Shown one piece after another: positions 22,437-35,500 of a stretch of DNA of 64,000 nt (its first letter is position 1; every line of letters begins with the position of its first letter). The stretch lies in NCBI GenBank assembly GCA_002269645.1, contig NIVC01002271.1, positions 1 through 64,000 on the forward strand. Direction: 5' to 3'. The stretch comes from Macrostomum lignano. Taxonomy: Eukaryota. Below the pieces are notes generated by a model. It saw only the letters and a program-made list of their open reading frames with translations, did not search any database and was not told the origin of the DNA. The translations under genes and the position numbers were made by a program.

Positions 22437-25400
22437 ATGTCCTCGACGAACGCAGCCTCAGTCGGTGACTGCAACAACAAAAGCAGAGTCAAAAGCAGAC
22501 CAATTGAATCTTCTGCAACAATTCTATCGAAAAATGGTTACGATTTAGAGGGCAGAAGCGCTGAGTTCCTTCGCCGCTACACAGGCCTCCGAGGGCAGTA
22601 CAACCTCGACCTGATCGGCTGCACCCAGCAACTCGTTGCTGACGAAAGATCGGCTGTTGAATCCGACTATGCAGCAGTGTTCAAAGCTCTGAAATGGACT
22701 CACGTTGACTTCACCAGCCGACTGGAGAAATTGGTCCCGGATTCGAGGACGCCGTTTAAGGACTGTTGCACTTTCTGCTGGTACGCCTACTGTCCCTACA
22801 GCCGGCGCGGCTCAAGGATGAGGGCATTGTACCAGAATGTCCTGTACAAGGACTCATCGACCTGGTACATGACAAATAAACAGGTAATTAGTGCGACTTG
22901 TTACTTCCAAAACACCTGACTCCCGTTTCCGACATAGTTAGTCCCGTTCCGACATAGTTAGTCCCGTTCCGACATAGTTAGTCCCGTTCCGACATAGTTA
23001 GTCCTGTTTCCGACATAATTAGTCCTGTTTCCGACATTCTACATGCTACACCCTAGGCCATGCTACGTCGACTGCTGTTAGCGGAAGCGACCACCCAGGT
23101 GGCCATGGACGCTGGTCTGGTTCTGCCTCCGCCGCCGGTTGCAGCGGGGTCCGCAGACTCGATGTCCGCACTGCCGTGCGTCACCAGCCGGTGCTTTATC
23201 CCGCCCAGCCAGGTGTACAGTCTTGGCAGAGAGGCGGCGCTGGTCGCCTCGTGGGGCATCCTGACGCCTGGCACGTCGACAGGTGCGAATTTTCCATAAA
23301 ACTCTTTCAGATTATTCATGTACATGTAGATCTTAGGTTTGTTAATTGATTTGGAAGAACGCCCCGGTGTTTTTGTTGACGTTTGTCTGTGTCTAAATAG
23401 ATGCAGAGTAGACACACTGGAGTGTTTGAGTAGACACACTGGAGTGTTTGAGTAGACACACTGGAGTGTTTGAGTAGACACACTGGAGTGTTTGAGTAGA
23501 CACACTGGAGTGTTTGAGTAGACACACTGGAGTGTTTGAGTAGACACACTGGAGTGTTTGAGTAGACACACTGGAGTGTTTGAGTAGACACACTGGAGTG
23601 TTTGAGTAGACACACTGGAGTGTTTGAGTAGACACACTGGAGTGTTTGAGTAGACACACTGGAGTGTTTGAGTAGACACACTGGAGTGTTTGAGTAGACA
23701 CACTGGAGTGTTTGAGTAGACACACTGGAGTGTTTGAGTAGACACACTGGAGTGTTTGAGTAGACACACTGGAGTGTTTGAGTAGACACACTGGAGTGTT
23801 TGAGTAGACACACTGGAGTGTTTGAGTAGACACACACTGCACCGCCATCCCGCAGCCTGCTACATTGTAAAGCCAACCAACGGTCTGAAAGGTCGCGGAA
23901 TCCGGCTCTACCGACCTCCCAAGTCTCATCAAGTTGATGAAGCTGCAAAACGTTTGACAGCTAACGACTTCTCCAACTTCATGCTAGCCGAATATGGCGA
24001 GTCTCAGCTCCGTTCGAGTTTCTACATAGTTCAACGGTACATCGAACGGCCTCTGCTTATCGACGGCAGAAAGTTTGACCTTCGAGTGTACCTTCTACTC
24101 GTACCGAATATGGCTTGCAGCATCGGCTGCGACAGCAATCCCGGGCGGCGGGGATTCTACGCGTTCTATCATCCGGGATTTGTTAGACTATCCGGCAGGC
24201 AATACAACCGCGTTAGCGTCGACATGAGCGTCCACCTCACTAACAGTTGCGTGCAGCAGCAGGAGCAGACTGTACTGGGGCAGTCGCGTCGAAAAGTGGA
24301 GCCGAAACTCGGTGATAACAGCTGGACGCCCGATCGGGTTAATCAATATTTTAATCAACGATTTTTAGACGGATTAGACGGAATTCCGTGTCACGATTGG
24401 TTTCGGGTGAGAATTCTGTACCAGTGTTAATCAGAAAGTGCATCGACTTTGACATGAAAGTTCCTTCAACAACTTGGAACAACGCACTATTTACAGTTTA
24501 AACAAATGACATCCTTGGGTTAAGCAACACATCGTTAATCGGGTTAAAAAGTCGTGTGGATAGCGCACCACGATGCACACCATCATTAGGTACTTGTAGT
24601 TAAACACCCAGTAGTTGAACACAAAGCATCATGCTCAGGTTAAACAACACAACACATCGTCCTCAGGCTTATCAATGCAACGCATCGTTCTTAGGTTGCC
24701 CAACACAACGCATAGGTGAAAAAACACAACACATCATCCTTATCATGCACAACAAAACGGACCGTCCTCAGGTTAATCAATACAACTCATCGTCCTCAGG
24801 TTACGCAACACAACCCATCGTCCTCGAGTTAAGCAATACAACCCATCGTCCTCGAGTTAAGCAATACAACCCATCGTCCTCCAGTTACACAATACAACCC
24901 ATCGTCCTCCAGTTACACAATACAACCCATCGTCCTCCAGTTACACAATACAACCCATCGTCCTCCAGTTACACAATACAACCCATCGTCCTCCAGTTAC
25001 ACAATACAACCCATCGTCCTAGAGTTAAACAATACAACCCATCGTCTTAAAGTTAAACAATACAACCCATCGTCCTAGAGTTAAACAATACAACCCATCG
25101 TCTTAAAGTTAAACAATACAACCCATCGTCCTAGAGTTAAACAATACAACCCATCGTCTTAAAGTTAAACAATACAACCCATCGTCCTAGAGTTAAACAA
25201 TACAACCCATCGTCCTAGAGTTAAACAATACAACCCATCGTCCTAGAGTTAAACAATACAACCCATCGTCTTAAAGTTAAACAATACAACCCATCGTCCT
25301 AGAGTTAAACGATACAACCCATCGTCTTAAAGTTAAACAATACAACCCATCGTCCTAGAGTTAAACAATACAACCCATCGTCTTAAAGTTAAACAATACA

Positions 25401-26494
25401 ACCCATCGTCCTAGAGTTAAACAATACAACCCATCGTCCTAGAGTTAAACAATACAACCCATCGTCTTAAAGTTAAACAATACAACCCATCGTCCTAGAG
25501 TTAAACAATACAACCCATCGTCTTCGAGTTAAGCAATACAACCCATCGTCCTCCAGTTACACAATACAACCCATCGTCCTAGAGTTAAACAATACAACCC
25601 ATCGTCCTAGAGTTAAACAATACAACCCATCCTCCTCGAAGTAAACAATACAACCCATCGTCCTAGAGTTAAACAATACAACCCATCGTCCTAGAGTTAA
25701 ACAATACAACCCATCCTCCTCGAAGTAAACAATACAACCCATCGTCCTAGAGTTAAACAACGCAACCCATCGTCCTCGAGTTAAACAACGCAACCCATCG
25801 TCTTAAAGTTTAACAATACAACCCATCGTCCTAGAGTTAAACAGCCCAATCAATCATCCTTAGGTTAAACAACACAACCCATCGTCCTCAGGTATAAAAA
25901 ACACTCCTAAACATACGAAAACAATTCTTAAGTTAAACAAAAAGCAGAAACAGCAATGCTCTCAAAGTTCTCAAACGCCAAATGCAAAGTGAGCAAACCT
26001 ACCACCTTAAACAGCTGACTGCACAAGCGGACATGCAGGGAATCCTAGCCTACATAGTCGCAAGATTCTCCCATCAGCTGACTAACAGTCAGCAGAGATC
26101 CTACAACGCTTTCAAACTACTTGGCTGTGATTTTCTAATCGACGCCAATCTCCGAGTATGGCTGCTAGAGCTGAACTCGTTGCCGTCGCTACGTCTAGTC
26201 AACACCTGTCATCGGGCGGTGAAATCGCCAATGCAACGGGAAGCTCTGGCCCTGTCAATCGAGGTGGTCCATAGGAGCGCCAACGGACTTCCCGTGACGT
26301 CGCATTCGCTGGCTATGCGACAAAATTTTCGACTAATAAGCAGCGCCTCGGGCAGCGGTCGGATACAGTCGCGACTGGTCCGAGGGTACGGGCAGAGGCT
26401 GCTGGCCGCTGGTGTTACCGGCGGAGGCTGTGGCGTCCTGGAGAACACCACGCCTGGAGCTGGTGGCACAACACTTACCTCTTTAGACGAGTGA
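22437..26494 (+). CDS. TTLL10: Tubulin-tyrosine-ligase-like protein, TTLL10-like (glycylase), ~567 aa; exons 22437-22883, 23057-23282, 23856-24406, 26015-26494
   Basis: GT-AG junctions keep frame. Motifs TNKQAML, YIVKP..G.KGRGI, VQRYIERPLLIDGRKFDLRVY, HLTN, FKLLGCDFLID..VWLLELNS.P. The GCDFLID motif and the W..D.VNQY..DW segment resemble TTLL10; the subfamily call is less certain than the family. Confidence 0.85.
22921..23035. repeat. ~20-bp minisatellite in TTLL intron 1
   Basis: tcccgttccgacatagttag repeats. Confidence 0.9.
23406..23835. repeat. 22-bp minisatellite in TTLL intron 2
   Basis: gagtagacacactggagtgttt perfect repeats. Confidence 0.97.
24760..25850. repeat. 27-bp minisatellite in TTLL intron 3
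   Basis: aacaatacaacccatcgtcctagagtta variants. Confidence 0.95.
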
Positions 26495-26896
26495 CAGAGT
26501 GTAGCAGTGTATTGTGTCGAGCGTCAGACGGTTGACAGCGACAAGAGTGACAAATGGGTGACATAAGAAGATTGACAGCTTGGAGAGCGACAGCTATTAC
26601 TGGTCATTCGCATAGGATGTCATGAAAGGATGCTTAATTTAATCTGACTATTGACCGTAATTTATTATTACCGTATATACGAGTATTACAGTTGATTTTT
26701 TAAAGTAAAAAAACTTCCGATAAAGTGCATAAAGTTAAGTTGGTACGCTTTTTAATTGCTTATCTAAACAAAATTCTTTAACGTATTTTAACTCTATTTT
26801 CTACAGAAGCAGATATTCATAAAATCAAGTCACGGAAAATAACTTCAGTTATCCGGATATTAAATTAGTGGCAAAAGTTTTGTAGATGTTTCGTGA

Positions 26897-28695
26897 TCAC
26901 GGCACCCGATGGTGCGGCAGAGTGGGCGGCCAGCCCGCATGGATGCTGTAGTCCCCCCGCTGACGCGTCGGCTGAAACACCAGCCCGTCCGGGTGACGGT
27001 CGCAGCTCGGACTGGTGCCGTCGTTCGCACCAGTCGATGACGCGCGATTGACGATGCCAATCGGGTTGCCGCGCTGTTTGAAGCGTCGGGAAAATCTGCT
27101 ACCATTTGTGCCGATTGCGCCGATCTGTGACTGCATTGGAGGGATAGTGGGCTCCATGTCTATCGCTCTGACCTTCCTTGGATCAACCGATCTGACATCC
27201 CTGGGGTAAAATCTGTCCGACGCCCAAGGGGTCGATCGGTCTCGCGTCCTTTAGGTGTTCTTTGTCAACCTATCTAGCATTCCTTGTGTATCAATCGGTC
27301 AATCGGTCTTCTGAAATCCCTGAGGTCAATCGGTCTGACGTCCCTGAGGTCAATCGGTCTGACATCCCTGAGTATCAATCGGTATGACATCCTTGAGTAT
27401 CAATCGGTCTGACATCCCTGTGTATCAATCGGTCTGACATCCCTGAATATCAATCGGTCTGAAATCCCTGTGTATCAATCGGTCTGACATCCCTGAGTGT
27501 CAATCGGTCTGACATCCCTGAGTATCAATCGGTCTGACATCCCTGAGTATCAATCGGTCTGACATTCCTGAGGTTAATCGGTCTGACGTCCCTGAGGTCA
27601 ATCGGTCTGACATTCCTGAGGTTAATCGGTCTGACATCCCTGACGTCAATCGGTCTGACATCCCTGACGTCAATCGGTCTGACATCCCTGACGTCAATCG
27701 GTCTGACATCCCTGACGTCAATCGGTCTGACATCCCTGACGTCAATCGGTCTGACATCCCTGCGAAGAACCCGCGTAACCTCTCGCTATCTAACTAGTGA
27801 TCACTTACCCTATCTTTGTCAGTTTCTTCCCTGAATGAATTTTCTGGCTCGCTTGTTTGAACTGAAAATTGATCAGAAAATTGCAATCAATTTTGAATTT
27901 GTAGCTCGTAATTGCAATTTAGACTAAAAAAGACCATGCGGTAATTATTACCTTCTTTGTCTGCCTGACAAGTTGAACAGTTATAATCCGGAACAAAGTG
28001 TAACCGACAGGTCATAAACAATCTAAAAAACCATTTGGGTGCAAAGACCCAAGTTATGAGTTATTTCGAAAGGGGTGGCTTTAGACACCTACATGTAAGT
28101 CACGCGCTCACAAAGGGGTACAGAGCGGCCCTGACTTTCAGGCGGTTTATCTCGTACACACTGTTCCTTGACGGATTGATCCAAACACGGATGTGAATCG
28201 CATGAAAAGTGACGTGTTGTTATAATGTGGCAATTCTTAATCAACGAGGGCGTGACAGAAAATAGAACCAAGAGCTAAGAACCAAGAGCCAGGACCGCTG
28301 TACACCCAGTGTGCAGTATCGTACAGTAGCTTATGTGTGCTCAGAAGTCAGAAGTCAGGTTTGTGGGACGAAGTCGCGCCGAAGGCGTTGTTGCGCTATA
28401 GGGTCTTATATTATCTCAAATCAGCTCACTGCGATGGATGCGGTCTGTTACGCCTTGGCGATGGATCTCGCGATCTTCTCTTCAGCTTCGGTATCATCTG
28501 AGCCTGACTGCAGTGTTCATTGTCGTTAGAATTTGTCCGTCCTGGTCGGCCAAAGTAACCACGATATGTAGTGCTGCTGCTGCTGCCCTCATTGTCCTGA
28601 AGGGACTGGTGCTTCTGCCACAGCTGGCGAGCTTGCAGCCGAATTGAGGCCAGCTCTGCTGCCGATGCGGCTGCCTGATTCGAGTTGGTTGCCAT
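26897..28695 (-). CDS. Tentative two-exon gene of unknown function, ~181 aa (exons 28430-28695 and 26897-27176)
   Basis: ORF 28426-28695 ends at a GTGAGC donor (phase 2); a phase-compatible AG at 27177 joins ORF 26897-27157 in frame. GC-rich, low-complexity product. Confidence 0.4.
27300..27762. repeat. 24-bp minisatellite (caatcggtctgacatccctgacgt)
   Basis: Visible directly. Confidence 0.93.
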
Positions 28696-29098
28696 GCTAG
28701 GACTACTAGTGTTGAGTTATTACTGTGTTCTCTAGCGGGTCCGCTGGTCTTATCATCTCTTTTGCGTTAACGAGTGTATAAAAGATAGCCAGCTATTATA
28801 CTTGGATACTTCGCTGGCTATAAGATGGGGCTTCCGTTAGAATTGAATGACCTTCTAGAGTAGTCCTTAGACAGGACTCAGACTAGACGCCGCCAGTTAT
28901 TTGAGCGCAGCATACTATCGCGCATGACAGCTCACAGGAAGAGTAAAAAACTCTTGGGAGGCATAAATAAACCCCTCAACGCATTGAGATTGGGCGGATT
29001 GTAAAGTGCAAGGACTGCAAGTCGCCTTGTTGTGGCGTAAAACACAGTGCCCGCTCTTCAATTCTTCTTGCTGAAAAGCAAAATTGTGATGCTTCATA

Positions 29099-29652
29099 GG
29101 AGAGGAGAGGAGAGGAGAGGAGAGGAGAGGAGAGGAGAGGAGAGGAGAGGAGAGGAGAGGAGAGGAGAGGAGAGGAGAGGAGAGGAGAGGAGAGGAGAGG
29201 AGAGGAAAGGAGAGGAGAAGAGAGGAGAGGAGAGGAGAAGAGAGGAGAGGAGAGGAGAGGAGAGGAGAGGAGAGGAGAGGAGAGGAGAGGAGAGGAGAGG
29301 AGAGGAGAGGAGAGGAGAGGAGAGGAGAGGAGAGGAGAGGAGAGGAGAGGAGAGGAGAGGAGAGGAGAGGAGAGGAGAGGAGAGGAGAGGAGAGGAGAGG
29401 AGAGGAGAGGAGAGGAAAGGAGAGGAGAGGAGAGGAGAGGAGAGGAGAAGAGAGGAGAGGAGAGGAGAAGAGAGGAGAGGAGAGGAGAGGAGAGGAGAGG
29501 AGAGGAGAGGAGAGGAGAGGAGAGGAGAGGAGAGGAGAGGAGAGGAGAGGAGAGGAGAGGAGAGGAGAGGAGAGGAGAGGAGAGGAGAGGAGAGGAGAGG
29601 AGAGGAGAGGAGAGGAGAGGAAAGGAGAGGAGAGGAGAGGAGAGGAGAGGAG
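29099..29652. repeat. (AGGAG)n microsatellite
   Basis: Visible directly. Confidence 0.98.
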
Positions 29653-30289
29653 AAGATGAGGGTTACGGCTACTGCATCGTGTCCGTAGGGAGAACCGTCT
29701 CAATCTTCTCAATAAAACGAGTGGGATTGTAGCAGTTACTAATAGCTACCGTGGTAGTTACTAATCTCATAGCTACCATGCATGATAGTCGCTAAGTTTG
29801 CTACGCACTTTCGAATATACGAGGTAATTAACATATTGTGGAGATTGTTCTATAAAGTTATATAAGAGATCCAGATCAAGAATTCGTTGCCAATCCAGAT
29901 TTTTGTTAAATTGAAGCGTCCCTGCCAGTAATTCTTGGTTGCTGTTTACTCGACCTTCCAGTGTCACCACCGCGTCTGCCAATGTAGTTTCTTAACAGAT
30001 TTTCTATTTTCAGTCCGTGCGTTCACTCTCTTCCCTTCAAATAAAATGTACAGCTCCACCCACCTCAAGCTGGTTCTGGACTAAGGAAATGTACATTCAG
30101 TTTAAAGTGTACAGCTAGAGCGAAGAGAAAACACTGTTTTGAAGTAAAAAACGGCGAAAAATGTTGGAGTGGATTAAAAATATTTGATACATATAAACAA
30201 TTGCTCTGCATCTAAACAAATTTTAACCACGAGTTTTACTGTTTCTAATAGCTTAACAACACAGAAAGCTAACCAAACAGCCCTATACG

Positions 30290-31827
30290 ATGCACTTTGT
30301 CGGTTACAACGTATCTAACTACTTGATCGGCTGCGTAGCCTTTTTAACAGCTGCTTATGTCTATGGTACCTGGCCGTACAGCTACTGGCGCAAGCGCGGC
30401 ATAAAGGGACCACAGATGTACCCGTTCGTTGGCGACCTGCTGTCCATTGTTAGACACGGCTTCATGAAGCAAACTATCGATGACATTAACAAGTACGGCC
30501 GAGTGCACGGCACTTTTCTGACGCGAATTCCAACCCTGGTCGTTGCCGATATTGAGATGGTTCGCCAGGTTTGCATAAAACAGGCTGACAAGTTCACGGA
30601 TAGAACTAAGCTGGGCAATCAGCCAAGTCCTTTAGATCGCGGCATCACTGTACTTCGAGGCCAAGAATGGCGTCGAGTGCGCAACCTGATGACGCCCTGC
30701 TTCACGTCGGGACGTCTCCGAGCCATGTTCCCGTTGATTGAAGACTCGGCCAGGGACTTGGTTGCTCAGTTGAGCCGCTACATAGAGCAGGGCAATCATG
30801 ACGGTGCCGTGTTCCAGCCAAAGAAAGACTTTTCAAACTACACAATGGACGCGATCGCCAGAACGCTGTTCGCAATTCAGATCAACACTCACGCCGATCC
30901 GAACAATCCGTTCAAAGTGAACGCTGAGATGGTCTTCAACGTCTCCCTCCGTAGTCCAAAGCTAATCCTACTGCTGATGATGCCTAAGATTGTCGGACCA
31001 ATCTACAAATTCTTTAACGTCAACCTGCTGCCGCAAAGTTGCATGGACTTCTTCATCAACAGCATTCGCGAGAACCTGAAGATCAGACGGCAGAGCCCAG
31101 ACTCCAGTAAGTTCAACGACTTCCTCGCCTCGTGCATCACGGCCGTTGATCAAACCGAAACTATTCACGATAAACAGGTGAAAGGACTCAGCGAAGACGA
31201 GGTTGTAGCCCAATGCTTCACTTTCTTTCTTGCCGGCTTCGAGACAACGGCCAACGCCATGACCTTTGTAGCTTATCTGTTGGCCTTGCACCCGGAGAGT
31301 CAGACTCGCTGCTTCAAGGAGGCCCAAGCCGCCGCCTCGTCCGGTAAGCTGGACTACGAAGGCGTCCAAGAGTTAAAGTACATCGGTCAGTGCATCGACG
31401 AGGCACTGAGGCTGTACCCGCCAGTAGTGTTTGTCGATCGCATGTGCAACACTACCACAACTATCAACGGCTACGAGATTGAGGCCGGCACAAGCGTTCG
31501 AATTCCCACGCACTTTCTTGGCACAGACCCCGAAGTTTGGGGAGACGACGCTGCCCAGTTCAATCCCGACCGATTCAGCCCGGAAGTCGCGTGGGTCGCG
31601 ATCCTCTCAACTTTGTACCTTTCGGTATTGGCCAGCGCAACTGCATTGGTATGCGGCTGGCGCAGCTAGAGTTGCGCAAGGGCCTGGCCGAGGTGCTGCT
31701 CAACTTTGAGCTGCTGCCAAACGACGATACGCCAGCGTTGGGCAAGTTAGAACTCAAGACCACGGGGCTCACCGCGACAAAGACACCGATTAATCTGAGA
31801 CTGAAGCGCCGCTCTGCTGAGAAGTAA
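30290..31827 (+). CDS. Cytochrome P450, CYP3 clan (CYP3A/thromboxane-synthase-like), intronless; one frameshift at ~31585
   Basis: N-terminal TM anchor, I-helix FFLAGFETTA, K-helix EALRLYPP, PDRF. The heme motif FGIGQRNCIG lies in the next frame and is restored by adding one A (CCG GAA [A]GT CGC). Confidence 0.92.
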
Positions 31828-32508
31828 GGGGCAGGTGTCGTTTCCATGAAAAGTGCTGATCGAGTAGAAATTCAATCATTTTTATTAACTGAATCTACAC
31901 TATACGTGTTTCTTCAAAAATCAAACTGGAATCATGTTTTTAAGAAACTTTTAACACATTGCGATAAATATTTTTATGGATCTGATGAACGCCTATTCTG
32001 AGAGGTCAAAACTAAAACCGAAAAATATATAATTAACTATGGCAAGTTGTGCTTGATTTCAATCTTTTGTATACTAAAAAAGTTTTACTACGAGCGTATA
32101 TTGACATCCATGCAAGGATTTAACATGTAGTTGATTTGTTTGAATCGCATCTAATTGTTGCAGAAGCTGAGACATTTGCTTACTTCGCGCATTGTATAGA
32201 GCTGAGTTGACTGAGACATTTCCCTGAGGCAGCGCTACCTCTGCCCGGTCATAGGGCTCAGTTGTGCAAGTTGTGCGTGTCGCGCGCTCTCGCGTACGTT
32301 GGTTGCCATGGTCTCGGGTGTGCTCACTATACAGTGGGGCAGAGATTCAGAGACCAGAAACTGAAATGTAAAGGCCTCTTAGTTAAACTGCCAGCTCGCT
32401 CGCTGTGTGCAAATACGCTTCAAAGCGATAGAGAAAGCGCCAGAAACGGTCTCTCTGTTCTACTGCGGCAGTTGGCATAGGAGAGTCTCCAACACTTTCC
32501 TTTGGAAT

Positions 32509-35500
32509 ATGTCGAAGGCTGCTGGCAGAAAGCGAGGCTCTGCAGCAGCAGCGGCCACGACTGAGCAGGAGAAGCCACCAGCACCGCCGCCGCTACTTCC
32601 AAACCAAGCGGATGGCAACATTGACGCTGAGCGGCGTCTGTTTGAACGAATCTACGGCATCGTGGCGCTAGACCCGATCCCAAGGCCGCCCAGAGATCAT
32701 CACCTGGGCGAGACGATCAACGAGTTCCAGAAGTACCTCAATGAGACTAGGATTGAGAAGACGTTCTTAGGTCTATTGAGAATTCTGCTGAAAAAAAAGA
32801 TGCTACCATACAATCCATATCCTCTGTTTCTCACTAATTTGTACCGATTCTCCGAGGGTCGGTACTTGCTTAGTACGCCAGCTTCAGAGATACTGCCGTC
32901 ATTTCGCATGGAAACAGAAGACACTAGGATAGACTACGTGTACAAGTCCCGTCATTCGAGTCACATCTGGGGCCTGCCCTATCTAGTGCAGTGCTGCAGC
33001 CCGAACGATATGAAGCTATACGAGTGGCTCGGCAGGGACGTTGTGCCGCCCCCATCAACCACTCGAAGCGCCGACACTAACTATGTCATACAGCCCTGTG
33101 TAGCCATGATCGGACCGGCCGTCTTCCAAGGCTCATTTTATCAGTACGTGCCGATCATTCAGTTTCGAGTTGAATACCGAATCATGGGACCAGACATGAC
33201 GCATGCCATTGAGGTCTTCATTAACATTGTCATCAAGGATTTGAACCACACTGAGAAAGAATCGGACCACATCCTTTTGGGCGTGAGTCTCCCAGTTGAT
33301 CCTGAGACCGAACCTATGCGCTACTCGTCCAAGTTCTGGCAAGTTGACGAGATCAACACCCGCGGAGACGCCTTCTGGGATTCCATGGTTGAAGCGGTGA
33401 CTAACAAAAAATACGTAGTGGCCGAATTAGTGTTTCGAGTCGATCCTAAAATGGGAGTTTACAAGAGAGGCCGGAAGCAGTATAGCTTTAATTTTGTCCA
33501 GCGCTCGTATCGGAATCAGGATGCAGAGCAGCTGACTCCGTTCTCAGAGATGATGGAGGCCTGCCTGTTCGAGGGCATCTTTATGGATCACATGCACGCG
33601 GATTCATATATTTCAACCTTCTGCCCGAGGGAGGAACTGGTTGACCGGGACAAAAACTACCGGCAAGAACCGCCGGCGCCATTCATTAGAAAGTCTTTGC
33701 TACGTCGAGGCGTCAAGGTTGAGAAGGACACGCACACTGATGACAGAATCCGGATTGACGGCTTTCTAATTAAAGGACCGATCGATTTCTCTCCAGACTC
33801 AAGAAAGGTCATAGACCCCGTGAGAATAGCCTGGGAGAGGCATATTGCCAGAAGTCATTTCGTCCCAGAGGCTTTCGATGTAGTTCACCACATGATCCTG
33901 CTGATGCTACTGGATCGAAAGTCTGTCAGCGACGAGCACTTTATTCAAGTCCACAGATTTCTGCGCTCGTCAGCCGCTCGAATGCACAGCCTCATGATGC
34001 AAAATCAGTTCATTCGGGAGATTATTGAGAATTTCGATCGCGCCGAGGAGTCGCAGATTGTTCAGCGTCAGTTTATGGAGTACCGGCACGGCATTAAAGA
34101 CCTGCTGGATAGTGTGTACCGCGAGTGCAGCAGCGAAATGATCACATGTGGCCGAGCTATTGAGACGCGCTTGTACGACATGAGTCACAGCGTCGAAGGC
34201 AAGGGATCCAACATTATCCTTTCGCCAAAAAGTGTCCTCGATTTGCGATTCATTAACCACTACTGCTACCCAATATTTCTTCGACTCGTCGAGGTCATGC
34301 TACCGCAGGTGCCGCTGATCACTGCATTCGTTGATAAGCTGCGAAAAGCCTACCCGGAAGAGGTTCTCAGATTTGAGGATGCTATGCCGAATCCAAATGT
34401 CGAGTACGGTTATGAAGAGCCGCTGATCAGCAAGCAGCATCACCAGTTCATCGACACGGAACTTGCCGAGGCCGAATGCAACGAGTCAAAAGAAATCGTC
34501 AAAGAAACAGTTCTCATGCAATACCTGCTAGATACTCGAGTTGATGAGGTTTGGGAAGGCTTCATGATGGACATATTGAGCAGCAACACGTTTCCGCAGA
34601 ATCCTTATCCGCGTCTCATCACTGATTTTCGTCGTGCAGCTCTCAAGATGAGCCTGTGCTACGATACAGACGAAAAGATAGTCAAGGACCTTTACCATTC
34701 TGAGCCCCAGCTGCTTGATTCAACTACATTTGTCTATCAGATGCCGGGCTCAGACGCCTACGGGTACAAGAGCTCACTGTATGCTATCGACACGGCGGCG
34801 TATTTCGCACTAAGCTCCTTCCTATTCCCGCTAGTGCACGAGAACTTTACGGAAAAGCGCGGCGTCTATCGCGCCTCAGTGTGCACCTGCACAGTTGGCG
34901 AAGTGTCCACGTACGGCAGATTGGATCCGTATCTGCGGCAGGTGCAAATGGCCGACCATGTGTACATCAAGGGACCTGTTCGATGTAGCAGAGAGGGTAT
35001 GGAACTGTTTACGCACATCCTAACCGAATACGCTATGCAGCTTGATCGAGAGCAAGACTTCGTTGTCATGGGAATCTTTCTCGGATCCCTTTCAAAGCGA
35101 TGGTCTGTTAAGGAGATAAATGAGCGCAAGGCCACGTTTATTACTGAAATAGAACGAGTTCTAATTCTGAAAGAGAACATTTTTCTGAAGCTCTACGCTC
35201 AGTACGATTGGCGCTACATCTGCGTCACAAAGTACTTCCGGTATCGCTACGTGAGCTTCGACAAGACCGAATACGTCAAATTCTTCGACGAGATTCCAAC
35301 GGAACCGTATCAGAGCATCTTCTTCGATCAAGAAAAGGCGGCATTTCACTTCAAGCGAGGCGGCGCTCATGAGTGCTGCGATCCATTCATTGGCCCGGCC
35401 ATCCGGCAGAGCATGCTGTACGCCGACGCTCAAATTGCCGACTGCCACCGACGCCAGGACTTCTTCGGCGTGCACCGCTGGCTGTTATTGAAATCGTTGG

